The notes: generated by a model not told the origin, from the letters alone. Counted from the first letter of the stretch, positions 33,536 through 49,164 are shown. The stretch: 64,000 bases of DNA from Amoebidium appalachense (GCA_963693365.1 CAVNZM010000002.1:17145615-17209614), one strand, 5' to 3'. Program-made: numbers and translations.

Positions 33536-36500
33536 AAAAGTGTCGTCAAGCAGAGGGGGGGCAAAAATAGTGTCAATTTGCGAATGTCCCCCGGTTGCTA
33601 TGCGCCGGCCTGCGGCGAGGTGAATGCTACTAAGGCTTACCAAGTGATAGAAAAAACGCATGGCAGCAGCCCAACCCACATGAGAGCAACGCAGCACAGC
33701 ATATGTATAGATGATTTCAATGACTTCTTCGACATCTGTCATGATCACAGCTGCATATATGCATGGAATGACTCCGGTCTAATATATTACAAGGCACGAT
33801 CATGGATGATCGCGCGCCGGCTGCTCGCGCTGTACATGTACATGTCACTCGGATCCGGATCTCGTGCCGCAACTCTTGACTCATCGCCGAAGGCGTGGAC
33901 AAGGCGGACGCCCATCATGACACACCAAATATTTTACATTGAGAGTACATACAGTTTACCCTTTCGCCAGCTGCACGATGATAATAGAATAACCCTCACA
34001 TCTGGCTACCGAAACTGGGCTTATGCGGCTGTAACTAGTACTTGAGAAACTCTTGGCAAGTTATTGTAGGTGCGCACCGCCGGGGCCGTAGTCAGTGCTT
34101 GGCGGTCGACGATCTTTCGATTCGTACATAGCGAGATACGGATCACCGTAAGCTGTGATACGCCTGCATGGTTGCGACAAGACGACATCAACAACATGGG
34201 CATTTCCATTAACTTTTAGAGTGATCCACCTAAATTAGAGTTCCTGTATTGCCCACGAGCATTTATGTGCCGTGCACCTTGAAAGATCTGAGAAGAACTA
34301 ATATTAGTTGGCGACGTACAGTACTTGCATGATTTCAGTGAGACCCGGCCCGAGCGCCCGCTGCCGGGGCCGCCCGGCATGATATCGCCATCCGAGTCGG
34401 ATCTTGAGCTGGTCCTGCTGTAATGACTCCGTTTCGTATTGATAGTTTACTTAGAAAAATTAATAGTCGTTCGTGTAGAGTTTTCTGTGCCCTTCATAAG
34501 TTTTTTTTTTTTTTTTTTTTGGATGGCATTTCAGTTGACTATAAATAATATCATAGCATCCACGGTTGCCGGGGGTCCGGGGAATTTTCGGATTGGTTGA
34601 AACCTAGGTACCAATCGACATCGGCGGTTCACGTTTATTGGATCTTGGTAACACCAATCAGATGTGACTTTCGGTTGGGAGCCACCCATCACAACTTTTA
34701 TTGTAATTCTTCGGTGATGAGGCTTAGACCAGCTTTTACAAGACAATATAGGTAGAGAATAATGTGCATGAATAACCAGAATCACTGTTTTGCCTATTTT
34801 GTAACATTCTTACCTTGCCATTGTGTAAATAACACGTCTGAATGCCCAGTCATCGACTTGTCGTAATCCAATAAGTATTTCATTGGATGCTTTGAACCAA
34901 TGAAGCAGCGGGAAGTTTGGAATGGATCTTCGCTATCAGCTATCTGTGATTGGTTGAATGGAGAATCTATTGTTCAATTAGCAGGCAGGATCTTGCGCAG
35001 AGGGCATAAAAAATCCCCCTCTTTCGTTCGAATCACACAGCGAAAAAAGAATGTGCGTCGGCCCAATAGGATGTTCGTAAACACGTGGAGACCGCCGCTC
35101 TTTTCTCTTTGCCAAACACCGTCAAACGGTGTGCTACGTTTCATTCAGTACTACTTTAGCTTTGCGTGCACGCTAATATATCAGGGATTACGGTTTGCAA
35201 GCAACCCATAATGGTATTATGTACATCCAGTCCGGGTGAATGGTGATGTTTTTGCTTTTGCTGTCTGAAAGCGTTTGATTTGTTTTAACATTTATCATTG
35301 AAATAAAAACGGACCTTTTGGGCATAAATTAATGTGGATAAAAGCTATAACGATACGGCCATGTGCAAGTGCAATACGTACGTATGAAGCATATGCATAC
35401 ATACGGCACTCAGATAAGGCCCTCGAACATATACAAATAATACTACCGTGAGCATAGATTTTGTGTTTGCTCAGTATTCATTGAAGACTTAAAACCTTGT
35501 AGCTGCCTGTCAGTATTACTGTAGACTGGTATCGTATACGTGGATATCTGTAAGACAAGCAAGCATTTTCGGTTTCCTATGGTCAGAACTTCCCGTCGTG
35601 AGTGCAATCCTCAGCGTCTTACGCCATCACCAAAACCTGTTCATGAGCCACGCACACCTCAATTGATCGCCGAATGGCCACAAGGGCCATATATATATCT
35701 TTGTTGTACAAAACTTTCCATACAGGTATTAACACGAAGGAACGCGAGAGACCTGTGAGAATATGACATTAATCATCGTGCTAAGGCACGTGTTCGAGCA
35801 CATGGGCGGGCCCAATATACATCCCCAGGATAGGATGGAGTTGCTATTATAGTATATAGTATTCCTGGGCGGCGGCCATGTGCAAGTGGCTCAGTGTGGC
35901 AGGCCGCACGTGTGCCGTGGCTTCCATGTGGCCTGATGCAGCCAATCGGCACCGTGATTCCTGATTGGTGAGCCTGGACATAATTATGACCAATCGCTAA
36001 ACACCAGGTGTGAAGCTTCCACATGATTCGCCAGAGCCTACATTTTTTAAATGGCTGGGCCGTCTGACCATTGAAAACATGATGTTTGCAGAAGGCGGGA
36101 AGGACGGGTTGCAAATGTACAACACCACCTATAATAAATAGGAATAATAGGTATTATTCTCAGAGACGTTTAATCATGCATCATCTCTACAAAAAACCGG
36201 TGCCATCTACACGTGTGCATTATAACCTGCGCTCTGCATGCATATGATCGGCGATCATCGGCCACATGCATACCTCATGATATATGTGCTTTGCGGTTCA
36301 GAATTCAAATTCCCACGCATGCACATGTATTAGTCACATGCATACAGACAGAAGCCGTAAGAATACATACTGGTGGTCTTGTTTCCCCTTCCCTTGAATA
36401 CACACGTCCACACTGCAACGTGCGTGCAGGACACAGTGCCAGCCCACGGACTTTGACAGTGACCGTTTGTAGCCATTGTGGCAAAACCATGCGAAAATTA

Positions 36501-39149
36501 ACACCTCTCCCGGGACTGCCAGATGACAAATGGATGCAGGCATGCAGCGTGGCTGCGTGGGCCAGGCCTTTGCCCTTTGGGCCGAGGCTAACTAACAGCC
36601 CAATGGGAGGCCTTCTATGCACGGTCTTCCGAAAAACGAAGAAGCCGGAATGCCGGATGTCAGTGGAGTGTGCAACCAATGAATACGGCAGCCAGCTGCC
36701 AGCATTTTTGGGTCTCTTATGCGCAAACGGGTTGGTCTCTCTGCCGCACGGCCACACATTCATCTGCCAGCCAACTTGAGCCAAGCCTTCAAGGTGTGCG
36801 TGCTGTGGGCAAAAAAAAGCTTGCGTGGTGCCGTGACCATCGTTGGTGGCGTTGCGTTTGCTCATGAGGCGGGGGGGGGGGGGGCTGGGGCCACAGCGCT
36901 AGAGGTCCTGAACAGGATACCTCCTACTAGCCAGCGTGGCGAGGCTCTGCTTTTTGCACCAAAAGCTGCTGCCAGCCCGGCCCAACGACAGAACGAACAG
37001 GCTGGCAGGGTGAAGGCCTGAAGGGACTACGTGCATGGCTTGATGCTGCATCGTCTGCACACACATGCAGTGGCCCTGGGTGATATTGATCAAAATATGC
37101 GTGCAGGCCTGTGCGGATGGTAGTTGTTGCAGGCCCTGTGCGGGTAAATCACCAGAGAGTCGGAGTGACATATGACATGAAGTTCTTGCGAGCTCGAGGT
37201 TGTCCTATTTTGTAGCCGACGTTTTCTTAGGCTTCTCACCTCGGGAGTCCCCCTTCTTGTCACAAGCGAAAGACGACTATGGGGACAACAAACGAAGAAG
37301 AAAATCCCTCAAATCCCCCGTGCTCACGGTATGATCGTAGCTGACCTCGAGCTCTATCTATTACCCCCTCCCCCCCCCCCCCCCTCCCACCACCACCACC
37401 TCCTCCTCCCCCCTCCCTCACTCTCTCCCCTCGCCTTCCCCCCCCCTTCCCCCGGGGCATCCCCCCCACTCCCCCCCCCACCACCGCCACCACCATGTGC
37501 ACCACCACCACCGGGCCACCACTCCTCTCCCTCCCTCCCTCCCTCCCCTCCCCCTCCCCGCCCCCCCTCCCCCCTTTCCCCCGGGGCAACCCTTTTGGTT
37601 CCTCCCCTTTAAAGAAGCGTGATTTTGAATTTAAAAACGAGGAGGGAAGGGGGGGAGGGGGGGAGGGGGGGGGGGGAGCACTAATATAGCTGGTATTAAA
37701 ACAAACTGGGAGGAAGAAGGGGGGGGGGGGGGGGAAGGGAGGGGAGGGAGCGGGGGAGAGAAGGGGAGGGGGGGAGGGGAGGGGGGAGGGGGGAGGGGGG
37801 AGGGGGCACCGTGCACCCCTCCGCGGCCGGTTAGCCGAACCTGCGGGTGTGGGGGGAGAGGGGGGGAAACACGTGCACCCCACTGAGGCCAGATAACAAC
37901 CATATGTGGTCTGAGGAGAAAAGCACCCCCGAGCCCGAGAAACCACAATATTGGCTAACCTGACCCAGTGTGTATCCGTATTTTTCTTTGACTATATTTG
38001 GAAACCCATATGTAGGACATTATACCCCGACCCCACAACCAAACATACACACACAGCCCACAAAAACAAACCAGCCACCCGTAGGAAACAGCCACCCACA
38101 ACATTTAGAGCCAAAAACGCCCACACCCACACCCTACCGGCCTGCCCTAGCTGCAGATACACCCACCGAAAAACAGAGTGCAACCCCCACCACACCTATA
38201 GACACACAGCAGCCACCACCACCTTACACGACATGGGATACCACATACACCCCACCACTCTCAACCCCACAGCACCACCACACCACGTTAGACCCGCGTC
38301 AGCAGACATGTGAAATTTCGAACCCGGACCCCCCCCCCCATAGCTAAGCCCTAGCTAGAATCAAACCCCCCCGTATCTCTTGTAAATAGTACAGTCCGAT
38401 CGTTCTGCCATGTCTGTCTGGCGGGCTCAGTCTGGAACGTAGATCTTAACGAATACAGCTTCAACTTGGTGGGTGGGGTCAAGGGAGGGGGATACTTGGC
38501 CATCACTGGGGAAGAGGGGGAGGGGGAGGGGGGGGAGGGGGGAGGGGGAGGAGGGGAGGAGGGACACCACCACCCCACCAGACAGGTGGGTCCCCCCTCT
38601 CCCCCCCTCCCCTTCCCCAATAAAAAAAAGCCGGAGAGAGGGACCGGGGGGAGGGGGGAGGGGGGTGAGGGGAGGGGGGGCACCAGGGGGAATGTTGCCG
38701 GATACTATGATACCCCCCTCTCCCGCCCCTCCCCCCCCCCAATTTTCGAGTAGAGGGAAAGGAGGGGAGGTGATTGGTGTTTACCTCTTCGAGGTTCCCT
38801 AATGGATTCAGGGGGGCTTTGGTGATGAGCACATCAAGCCTTAAAGGGGTTTACAATCTATTCATTGCGGACACTGTCTGGGGCCCAGCCTCACTTGACG
38901 GCCTACTGCGTTTTCCAGCGCAGCCAATCAAATGCAGCTAGTGACATAGGTACGTGGTAAGCAACATTTAGCGGCATGATAACATATTACAACCCTATGA
39001 CAGATAATGAGGGATTGAGGGTCGGGGGGAGGGGGGAGGGGGAGGAAGGGGGGAGGATAATTAACAATGCAATCGGAACTGATTACATCATGGAGATAGG
39101 GATTATGCACCGGAGAAGGTGGGGATTGGGGGGGGGGGGGGGGGGGGGG

Positions 39150-39184
<35 letters not shown>

Positions 39185-39348
39185 GGGGGGACACAACAAC
39201 TTAGGGTTTCCTCAGAGGTGTCCCCCTGCATTCAAAACATTGTTTCACCACCACCCCAACTGCTCCTCCTGCTTATTCTTCCCCAGTATGACGTAGGTAG
39301 CAACTAGCTGCCATTCACATATGGATTTGCCGTGGTATTGAACGATGA

Positions 39349-39381
<33 letters not shown>

Positions 39382-39480
39382 AATGTGGGGGGGAAGGGGG
39401 GGAGGGGGGAAGGGGGGGAGGGGAGGGGGTTGGTAGTTGGGGTTTGTGATTGAGCAAATCCTCCCCCCACCCCCCCCCCC

Positions 39481-39511
<31 letters not shown>

Positions 39512-39944
39512 GTGGAAGTGAGTTCGGAAATGAGGGCCAGGTGATTGATGTTTACGGTCTCAGGCGCCCCTGCTGAAAGGGGGGAGGGGGGGGGGGAGGG
39601 GGGGTTGGTGATGAGCACATCAAGCCTAATGAGGGATCGAGGGCGGGGAACTGGAAGGGGGGGGGGTCTATACGACAGTAGCCCCTAAGTATAGGAGATC
39701 GCTGACATCACTAGCTAAAAAAAAAACAATATTTGATAATACTTCACCAAAATAAAAACATAGACCCAAAACAATACCCCTGTGTGTGTATGGCTCCAGC
39801 CCCCCCCAACCCCCTGACGGCCACTTTATGTCGCTTTTGGATCGAATCGTTCGCCCCTGATTTTACGTTATCGAATCGCGTTTTGTGCAATCAGGAGCGA
39901 GACGGTTACCGTAATATTGACCTATGTGTGTGTGTGTGTTTTTT

Positions 39945-39976
<32 letters not shown>

Positions 39977-40963
39977 TAACTAGCATGATCTGACTGCACT
40001 AGGCACTTCCAGGATAGCTTATCACTAACACACCGTGAGCATGGTCATCTATAAGTCACCGGCACACGGCCCAAAACAAGATCAGAGCCTTGTAAATGGT
40101 CTTCTGTGTCTGTCGGCATACGTGTTTGTCCACCAATAAGATTCCCTGCTGAAATTTGGCAAAGCAAATGCCTGTTAGTGGATTTTTTCTTTTGAGATTC
40201 TTCACCGCCAATAGTCCCCGAGGCGCCGGGGGGAAGCCGGGGGGGGGGGGGGGAGGGGGGGGGGGGGGGGGGGGGGGGGGCAGATTTCACAAACTTTCAT
40301 ATGCATACGGTTAGCACATGCGCATGCATACCCCCTCCCCCCTCCCCACCCCCCCTCCCCCCCCCAAACAAAAAAAAAGAAACAAAGAAACAAAGAAAGA
40401 AAGAAACAAAGAGGAAGAGCGTGGACATAGCAACAAGGTCCTCACCAGTACATCCGCCACAAACAACCCACAAACCCCACAAATTGGCCGTCACCCCCTC
40501 CCCCCCCCCCCCCCCCCCCTACCCTCCCCCCCCCCCCCCCCCCCCCCCCCCCCAAACCCCCCCAAACCCCTTTTCCCCCAAAGATTGCGCGGACACGTGG
40601 CAAAGTCTCAGCATCTTACTGAAAAATTCCCCCCGAAAACTGTGGGATCCGATGTCCGGACGGATACTGTATGGCTCATATGTCCCGCAACATCTTCCTC
40701 CCCCCTCCCCCCTCTCCCCCCCGCCTTCCATCAACCGCCAGGCCGCACACTCACACAGTCACGTCCAGTCACACATACAGTCACATGTACACATCATCAC
40801 ATGCACACACAACACACATACAGCTGGCGTCACGCAGGCCCACACACAAACACCGGAGGACCTTCTCATATCTGTGTTTGACTGAATATTACTAATATTA
40901 GCATAGTAAGGCTCACAAGTTGTGTATGGAACACTTGCCGTAGCCAGTGGTACTCAGCGATAC

Positions 40964-40997
<34 letters not shown>

Positions 40998-41004
40998 ACC
41001 CCAC

Positions 41005-41035
<31 letters not shown>

Positions 41036-41227
41036 CACCACCATCCCTACAAAACAAAAAACAGGAAAAGATGGATAAGAAAAGAAAGAAAAACTTTAAG
41101 AACCTTTACCTTCTCCCCCCCCCCCCCCCCCCCCAAAAAAAAAAAAAAAAAAAAAAAAATACACCACCACCACCACCACCACATTTCATGGATATTAAAA
41201 ATATGCACCGGGGCGTGGGGGGAGGAA

Positions 41228-41258
<31 letters not shown>

Positions 41259-41936
41259 TGCAAAAACACCGATGACCTTCAATAAAAGAGTGCCCGTGCA
41301 TTTTATAGCATTGTGTCACTCCAAATACTACCTCAGGTACGTCTAATGCACTTGTTTCTTTCTCCCCATGCACATTTACCTGTACTTCATAATGAATGCA
41401 TTTTGAATTATCACATCCCCATAATTGGGGGCCACCCATGTATTCTAAGAGTGAGCCATCCTATTAACGGCTACCGGATTAGCCCATGCATTGTAAACCA
41501 TTACAGCCCCTTTCTGCCATTACACCCTATATTCGATACTTCTATGATACCAATCAGATATGTGATTAATCGGATCATCCACGTGATCTTAACCTTTTTT
41601 ATATTCTTAACCTATCAACCCTTAAGAATCCACAAAATCGGAATTTTCGCTGCATTTAGGACCATCACGTCTCCGAATAGGTGCTATATATATAACGATA
41701 ATCTTGTGGTACTTTTGTTCATGTATATGCTATAATATGCATATAATTCTTCCAACAAAACACTCCTTTTGATTTGCTGGCAGCTGGCAGGCGGCAGCCT
41801 GTGTGGTTGGTGTGTTCTACACGAATTGATGCTCTTTTCTTTCCATCCGACCACCCACACACCCAAACATGCATGCATTACAACTTCTCAAGATTTGGAT
41901 GTTGTTTATGAAGGGATGGGGTGGGTGGGTGGGTGG

Positions 41937-41990
<54 letters not shown>

Positions 41991-42166
41991 GGGGGGGGGA
42001 GGAAGGGGGGGATTACCGAGGTTGCTTTTCCATATATCGCTTGCCCAAGGGAGGCCCGAGGGGGAGGAAAAGGGGGGGGCGGGGAGAGAGAGAGAGAGAG
42101 AGAAGAAAGGGGAGAGAGGGTGGAGGGGCGGGGTGGGGGGTGGGGGGAGAGGGGGAGAAGAGGCCT

Positions 42167-42200
<34 letters not shown>

Positions 42201-43556
42201 AGGGGGGCTCTATGATCAGGCACGCTGAATGTGGCCTCTAGCTGCCGTATATTCTGGCAGGAGTGGCACCTGATTGCACAATTACGCAATCCCACTTCTG
42301 ATGGTGCATCCGATTTAGGGCCCCTTAACAACTGCATGCAACCTCAAAAGTCAGTTAGTCGAGCAGTGAACCAGGGCAAGTTATCGTGTTCGATTAGACC
42401 TTGGGGACGGGATGGTGTGTGTGTGTTTATGTGTGTGTTTATGTGTGTGTTTATGTGGTGACAGGGGGGGGGGGGGGGGGAGGGGGGGGAGAGGGAGGGG
42501 TAGCATCAGAGACCAATACGCCCCTACTGCGAGTTGCCCTATATATCCTCAAATGATTATTGGCAGCCGTTGTTGCCAGGTTATCGTAAGGGAAATGTCG
42601 CATCTCAGGTAAATGCACCGATCCGTTTACAAAACGTGATCATGTGGATCATCCAATCACTGATCAGCAATATTAGTCTTCATGCAACCTGCATCGGTCC
42701 CCACTCCCCCCCCCCCCCCCCCCCGCCCCCTTCCCAACCCCCTCTCCCTAACCCCCTCTCCCCTCCCCCCCCCCCCCTCCCCCCCCCGTCCTCTTCCCCC
42801 ACTCCCTCCAGCTCCCCACCTCCCCCTGCCATCACACACACAACACACACTCACTCTCCCGCTTCCAATCTCTTCCTTCTCATGTTCCTGCATCATCCTC
42901 AAACTTTCTGTTAACTCCTGCCCTCCCTTCCCCCTCCCCCCCTTCACGTGCCCCCTCTCCCATCCCCCGGCCGTAACCCCCCCCCCCCCCCTCCCCACTC
43001 CCCCCTCTCACCCCCCACTCCTCCCCTCGGCCCTTCTCCCTCGCACCCCACATTTTATCTCCCTTCCACCCTCCCTGTTTGCTGGCCAATCGTGTGGGGC
43101 TGCGGCTGTTCTGAGCGGTGCACCCATGGGCCTGCACGCGGTTGGGCTGCATGGCAGGGTTCGAAGCATTTGCACAGTCAGGGTGTGCCCAAAGAAAAAG
43201 GAGAGACGGGATGAAGATTGGTCTTTGGGACTTCATTGTGGGAAGGTGGGAAGGATGGTGTGGTTGGTCGGTGGGTTGGTTTCTTTTCCACGGCTGTGCT
43301 TTTAGGTTCCTTTTTCATTTCCCTCAATCCTGTAGTTTTTTCTCACCTTCATTCTTCTGTCTTTTTATTTGGTGTGTTTTTTTCCTTAGGGGTTAGGGTC
43401 GGGCTGCATGGCGCAGGCTGGCGGAGGCCTGGGGGGGGGAGGAGGGGGGGGGGAAGGGGGAGGAGGGGGGGGGGGTCTTGGTCTGTGTGTGTTGGGATGG
43501 AGAGTGGTGGTGGCATGTATGTGTGTGTGTGTGCCGAAGGGGTGGGGGATGGGGTT

Positions 43557-43608
<52 letters not shown>

Positions 43609-43874
43609 GCTGAGAGCTTCACATCCTACGAGCCCCGGGGCTACAAGATCATCCTGTCCAACCGGGGCTCGTATAGGTTTGGGGGAGAGGGAAGGAAACG
43701 GGAAGGGTGGGGCTGTACCACCTCAGCCATTATTTGCTGCCACACATCCATCCAGCACATTGTTTTTGGGCAACAACCCTCTCACCTCCTTTTCTCCCCC
43801 AAGATAATTCATTCATTAACACAAACCTAAGCACATCCCTCACACATCCAGACCCCTCCTTTCTTTCCACCAAC

Positions 43875-43964
<90 letters not shown>

Positions 43965-44763
43965 TGCACGCACACACACACACCCTTTTGTCAGGCCTTT
44001 AGTCTTGATAGAACATTTCACAGGTAGCTCGTGGTTTTCATGCACTCCGAAGCTATCGTGGCCGCTGGCATGCTCATGCGCTGGCACCGTGGCACCGAGA
44101 TGGGGATGCACTATAACGGGTTCCTCCCCTGGTCCTTACTTGAAGACCATATTCACTGACAGCCTGTCTAGATGGAGGTACGGGACCTACAGGACATGTA
44201 CACAGACACGCAGCCTCCTAGTCATAGGCTAACACCCCCTCATTCCTTTGGCAAGAAAGAAGAAAAAAAAGGCCTAAAAGATGCTTAAGGACAAAACTTC
44301 ATCCTTCTGGTGTGTGCACTATTTTATCCCTTAATGTAGCTAAATTTAACTTTGCACTTTGCTGGCCCGGCCCAGGTGACATGGGGCATACGATTATGAC
44401 ATGTCACGTTTGTGCTTTGCCATTTCAATGTCATGTCTGTACCAAGTCTTTGCCATTTCCATTTCAATCTGCAGACCTCCACCAACTGCACATGTGCTCA
44501 CGTGTTCTTTGAATATCCTGACCAGCATCCATGCACAGGCCAATAGCATGCATGCACATTGCTGATTGGCTGAAGCAGCAGATCAAAATAGTTTCATTGG
44601 CCGAACCGTATACACCAAGAAACCTTTTGGCAAAGCAAGGGGAGACATAATGATTGTTGAAATGCATGGTAAAGATTATGCGATCCAACATTTGAACATC
44701 CCCCCCCCCCCCCCCCCCCCCCTCCCTCCCTCCCTCCCCACCCCCCTTCCCGTGCCGACTCAC

Positions 44764-44900
<137 letters not shown>

Positions 44901-45397
44901 TTGTGGCGCACAAACATCCACTCTCAATATCTACCTCTCTCTCTCGAGCCCTCACCCTCCTCCCCGCCCGCTCCTCCCCTCCCCCTCCCCCCTCCCCCAC
45001 TCGACCTCATCTTCAACTGTATGGTCTCATGCTGACCCAGTCCCTATACCAATTACTCAAACCGTAGGAATAGTGTCCTCATGGATGCTTCCCGGTGGGT
45101 CTCATATGAATTCCAGCATCGACTTGACAATTATTCCTCCAATTCAAGAGACTGCTGCATGAATCATGTGTTTGGGTGGTATTGCCCCCCCCCCCCCCCC
45201 CCCCCTCCCCCCTCCCCTCCTCCCCCCCCCCCCCCCCCTCCATACACACACACACACACACACCTTCACACACAATCCTCGCGCCCAAAATGCTGCTAAG
45301 TACGGTAATGAAATTGCTGCCATAATTGTTTTTAGCATCGAGCACAACGAATTCTGAGAAGTTGGTGGGTGGGGCCAGGGAAGGGAGGGTTGGGCTT

Positions 45398-45428
<31 letters not shown>

Positions 45429-45581
45429 TACAGAACCGCCATCCCAACGGAAGTAGGTGGCACCTTCCAATAAAATAAAAAAGGGGGGGGGGGGGGGGGG
45501 GGGGGGTGGAGGGGAACACCTACCAAAGGGGCACAATCCCGCCAGAGCAGAGGTGCCCCCCCCCCCCTCTCCCCCCCCCCC

Positions 45582-45629
<48 letters not shown>

Positions 45630-45973
45630 CCGCCGCCGGGGAAAGTAGGAAAGGGGTTACCACCAGGGGGATTCGATGTCCTCTAGCCCCCTCCCCTCCC
45701 CCCTTCCCCCCTTCCCCTTTCCCCTCCCCCCCTGCAAATTTTAAGAACCCCTCTGGTCGGAAGGTGGGGACAGTCCAAAGTGTGAGAGAATGATGTATTT
45801 ATTCCATATACACAGGTAAGACAGAGACAGTACAAAATATCATTAAGCTACATTTGTCAGAGACTGGAGCAATATCTACATGTAATGAGACACCACACGT
45901 TTCTGGAAAATAGACGTGGTATTAAGCTACTGTGCATATAAACGTGCAAGCTTGCAGGATATTGTACATGAGA

Positions 45974-46403
45974 TTGCCCAACCGCATTAACAGAATGAAT
46001 CACAGCACATATATACTCTGCTTTTCAGTATTATTCCTCTTTGTGCGGAGAAGTTGTGCTTTTGCGGAACAATTTTGCTTTGTACGGGCCCTTCTTGCAG
46101 AACAGTTCTACTTTTACGGACTGCTACTAACTACAGCACTTTAGCTATGCTGCCATCAGCAGGCACTAATCTGTTCAGAGCAGCACAGGTTGCTCTGCAA
46201 AGCATCATCACCAAGCAGACTACTGCTTTGGCTTTGCTGAACGAGTCTGTGTTTTGCGCTCCAGCTCAGAAAAATTGTTTCTGCTTTTGCTGAATATTCC
46301 TGTTAAAGGTAGTCGAAAAACTTTATAGTATCCGGAATCACTGTGACTGTTGTTTCAATAGTATAGCCCCTATCTCTGTTCATCTGCAAATGCGGTTGGG
46401 CCC
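45974..46403. mobile_element. Degenerate MITE related to the element at 49165
   Basis: Inverted ends gcccaaccgcatt / aatgcggttgggccc; decayed internal tctgcttttgc..gaa repeats. Confidence 0.6.
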
Positions 46404-48107
46404 TGATGGGCTGGTAAGACGGACGTGTGTCCAGGCTGCCAACCAAAAAAATTAGATTGAGTGCACAGGAGCCGGGGGGGGGGGGGGGGGGGGGGGGGAG
46501 TTGACACGCGTTCGTTGCTCTTGATGTAGTCTCACTGACAGGGTGAGTTTGTCGTATTGCCATGTGGTGCTATCCGAAAGGAATGTGGTGTGCTACTACA
46601 CATGCATACCCCTGAGCATCTCATGACGTTTGTGTTGGTCTGGGAGGTGGAGGTCCGCGAAGAAGACGCAGGGAGGGAAAGGAGGGGGGAGGTGGGGGGG
46701 AGAAGGGGGTAGGGAGGAGGGAGGGGAGGGAGGGGAGGAGGGGTCAAGTTGTATAAGGGAGCAGCTGCCTGAAGTGCAATTACCTTGCAGTGATGGCATT
46801 GAAGTTGCACACGGAAATGGCTACGAGCAATAATTAAACCAACCACCGCTTCTTCCATTTTAGTCGTCAGGGCCCGGACCACCCGAGAGCCACATTTCTC
46901 AAATGCGTCTCACCAATCAAGAGACTCGCGTCATGGAAATTGTGCACAGAATGACGTCACCAACGTGGCTCTCCGCCCAGCGGCTAAAATGGAAGTAGCG
47001 GTGGTTGCTTTAATATGACCACGGAGATAGTCTTGACATGTGCATCCCAAATGCTACGCATGATGCAAGTGTCCGGGAACCCCCCTCCCCCCCCCCCCCC
47101 CCCTCCCCCCCCCCCTTTCCCCTCCCCCCCCCCCCCAGCTCCCTCCTTGCCCCCGCCCCCTCCCCCCTCCCCCCCCCCCCTCCCCCCTTCCTTCTCGCTC
47201 ACCTACCCTCAAACCGCACCACACAAAAAACACAAGCGCCAACGGTTAAGCCGAACGGCCATTGGCTCCCGTAATAGCCAATCAAAAACAGCCAGTCAAT
47301 AGGGCCGATTGATAGCCCTTTCTTCTTTATCCTTCCCCATAAGCCTTCCATTCCCCTCTCCTTCCAGCCATCTATCCACCCCTCCCGCCATCCCCCTTCT
47401 GTTACTTCCTCATTTCCCAACATAGACAACCAACCATGCACGTGTCCACCCCTGCCACATGTGGATTTAGAACCGGCTGGAAGCACAAAAAAAGGACACC
47501 TTGAGCTCGTTGCCCCCCCCTCCCCCCCGCCCCCCCCCCCCCCCCCCCCTCCCCCCTCGGGGCCACCTTATTCCTCCCTTTCTCCCCTTTTCTCACCTCA
47601 AGTGTCCACGCACAAACAACCCTCCCTGCCCCTCTTTCTACGAAGGCAAGAAAAGAAAAGAAAAACATGTCTCCCCGCTCTGTCCCCTCCGCCCCCCCCC
47701 CCCCCCGGGGGACCTTCACCCTTGCTTCCCCACAACCTCTCCCCTTCCCCCCCCCCTCCCCCCGCGGTCCCACCGTTGCGCACCCACTCCCACTTCCCTG
47801 CAACAGCAATATTGGTGTCCTCAGCCCACATGCGGCTGTCAACCCCTCATGCTCGCCAATCCAACTCAACCCCCCCGCACCCTCCCTCCCCCCCCTCCCC
47901 CCCCCCCCCCAAAAAAAAAAAAAAAAAAAAAAAACCGGCCGCCAGCCCGCTTTATCCCCCCCCCCCCCCACTCCTCTCCCTTTCCCCTCCCCCTCCCCCC
48001 CCCCCTCCCCCCCTTTCTCCCCACCACGGCAGCCCTGCTTCGAAACTAAAGGACTGCCTAAGCTAATCTTCTAGTTTGTGGGTGTGTCGAAGTCAATGGC
48101 ATGCATG

Positions 48108-48187
<80 letters not shown>

Positions 48188-48625
48188 GTGTGTGTGTGTG
48201 TGTATGTGAGGGTGTGTGTTGTGTGTGCGTGCGTTTATGTGTGTGTGTGTGTGTGTGTTGTGTGTGTGTGTGTGTGACGCTGTGTGTGTGGGGGGGGGTT
48301 TGTGTGTGCATGTGCGGGTATGCACATGTGTGTACCCCCGTGACGGTGTGTTCAGGTTGTGTGTCAGCTCATAGAACGTTATGATTATCATAGGCTATGC
48401 AGTCTCTGCCTGTCCTACTTTGCCCACGTGCACACGAGGGTGTGACGTTGCCTAAATTTCACTAAACGTCTGAATTTTTCTGAAATGCTGGCTGTGTTTG
48501 TGTGGGATGCATTTCTGTCTGTGTATGCTTTTTATTTTTGTTTGTTCTTTCCTTTCTTTCCTTTTTCTTTTTCTTTTTTTCTTTCCTTTTCTTTTTTTTT
48601 TTTTTTTTTTTTTTTTTCTTTTGAA

Positions 48626-48686
<61 letters not shown>

Positions 48687-49031
48687 AAAGATTCCTGTGA
48701 ACGTGTGCTGCTGGTGTGGAAATGATTTTTTTGGGTTGTGTGGGTAAGCGGTTGTGTTTCGTGAGCGCCTAGTATTAGAAAAAAAACCTTTTGCAGTCTA
48801 AACGTAGTTTAACCTGTGATAGCCCCGGGTAGTAGGCTCTGTGCTGCTGGTGGCTGCTAGCATTCGGCTCATTGCCCGTGGGCAAAAGCCACGATCGATA
48901 TCCACCTATTTGATGTCCTCGGGGTCCGGTTGGTCATTACATACAGTGTAGCCTCAAATCCCGTTGCCCCCCCCCCCCCTCTCCCCCCCCCCCTCCCCCT
49001 CCCCCCTGCCTCTTCCATCCCACCTCGCTCT

Positions 49032-49076
<45 letters not shown>

Positions 49077-49164
49077 CCCCCTCCCCCCAGCTTTTGTGTA
49101 CACGGGTTAGAGGCCACCAATGTTCTTCAATCATGCTGCTAGAAGTTCTGCTCAACCATCAGCA

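Noticed and set aside
36213-37171. Overlapping 180-190 aa ORFs
   Set aside because: No recognisable motif or codon signal; probably chance ORFs.
39608-39712. C/D box snoRNA (GTGATGA...CTGA)
   Set aside because: No convincing terminal stem or guide sequence, and the other copy lacks a matching D box.
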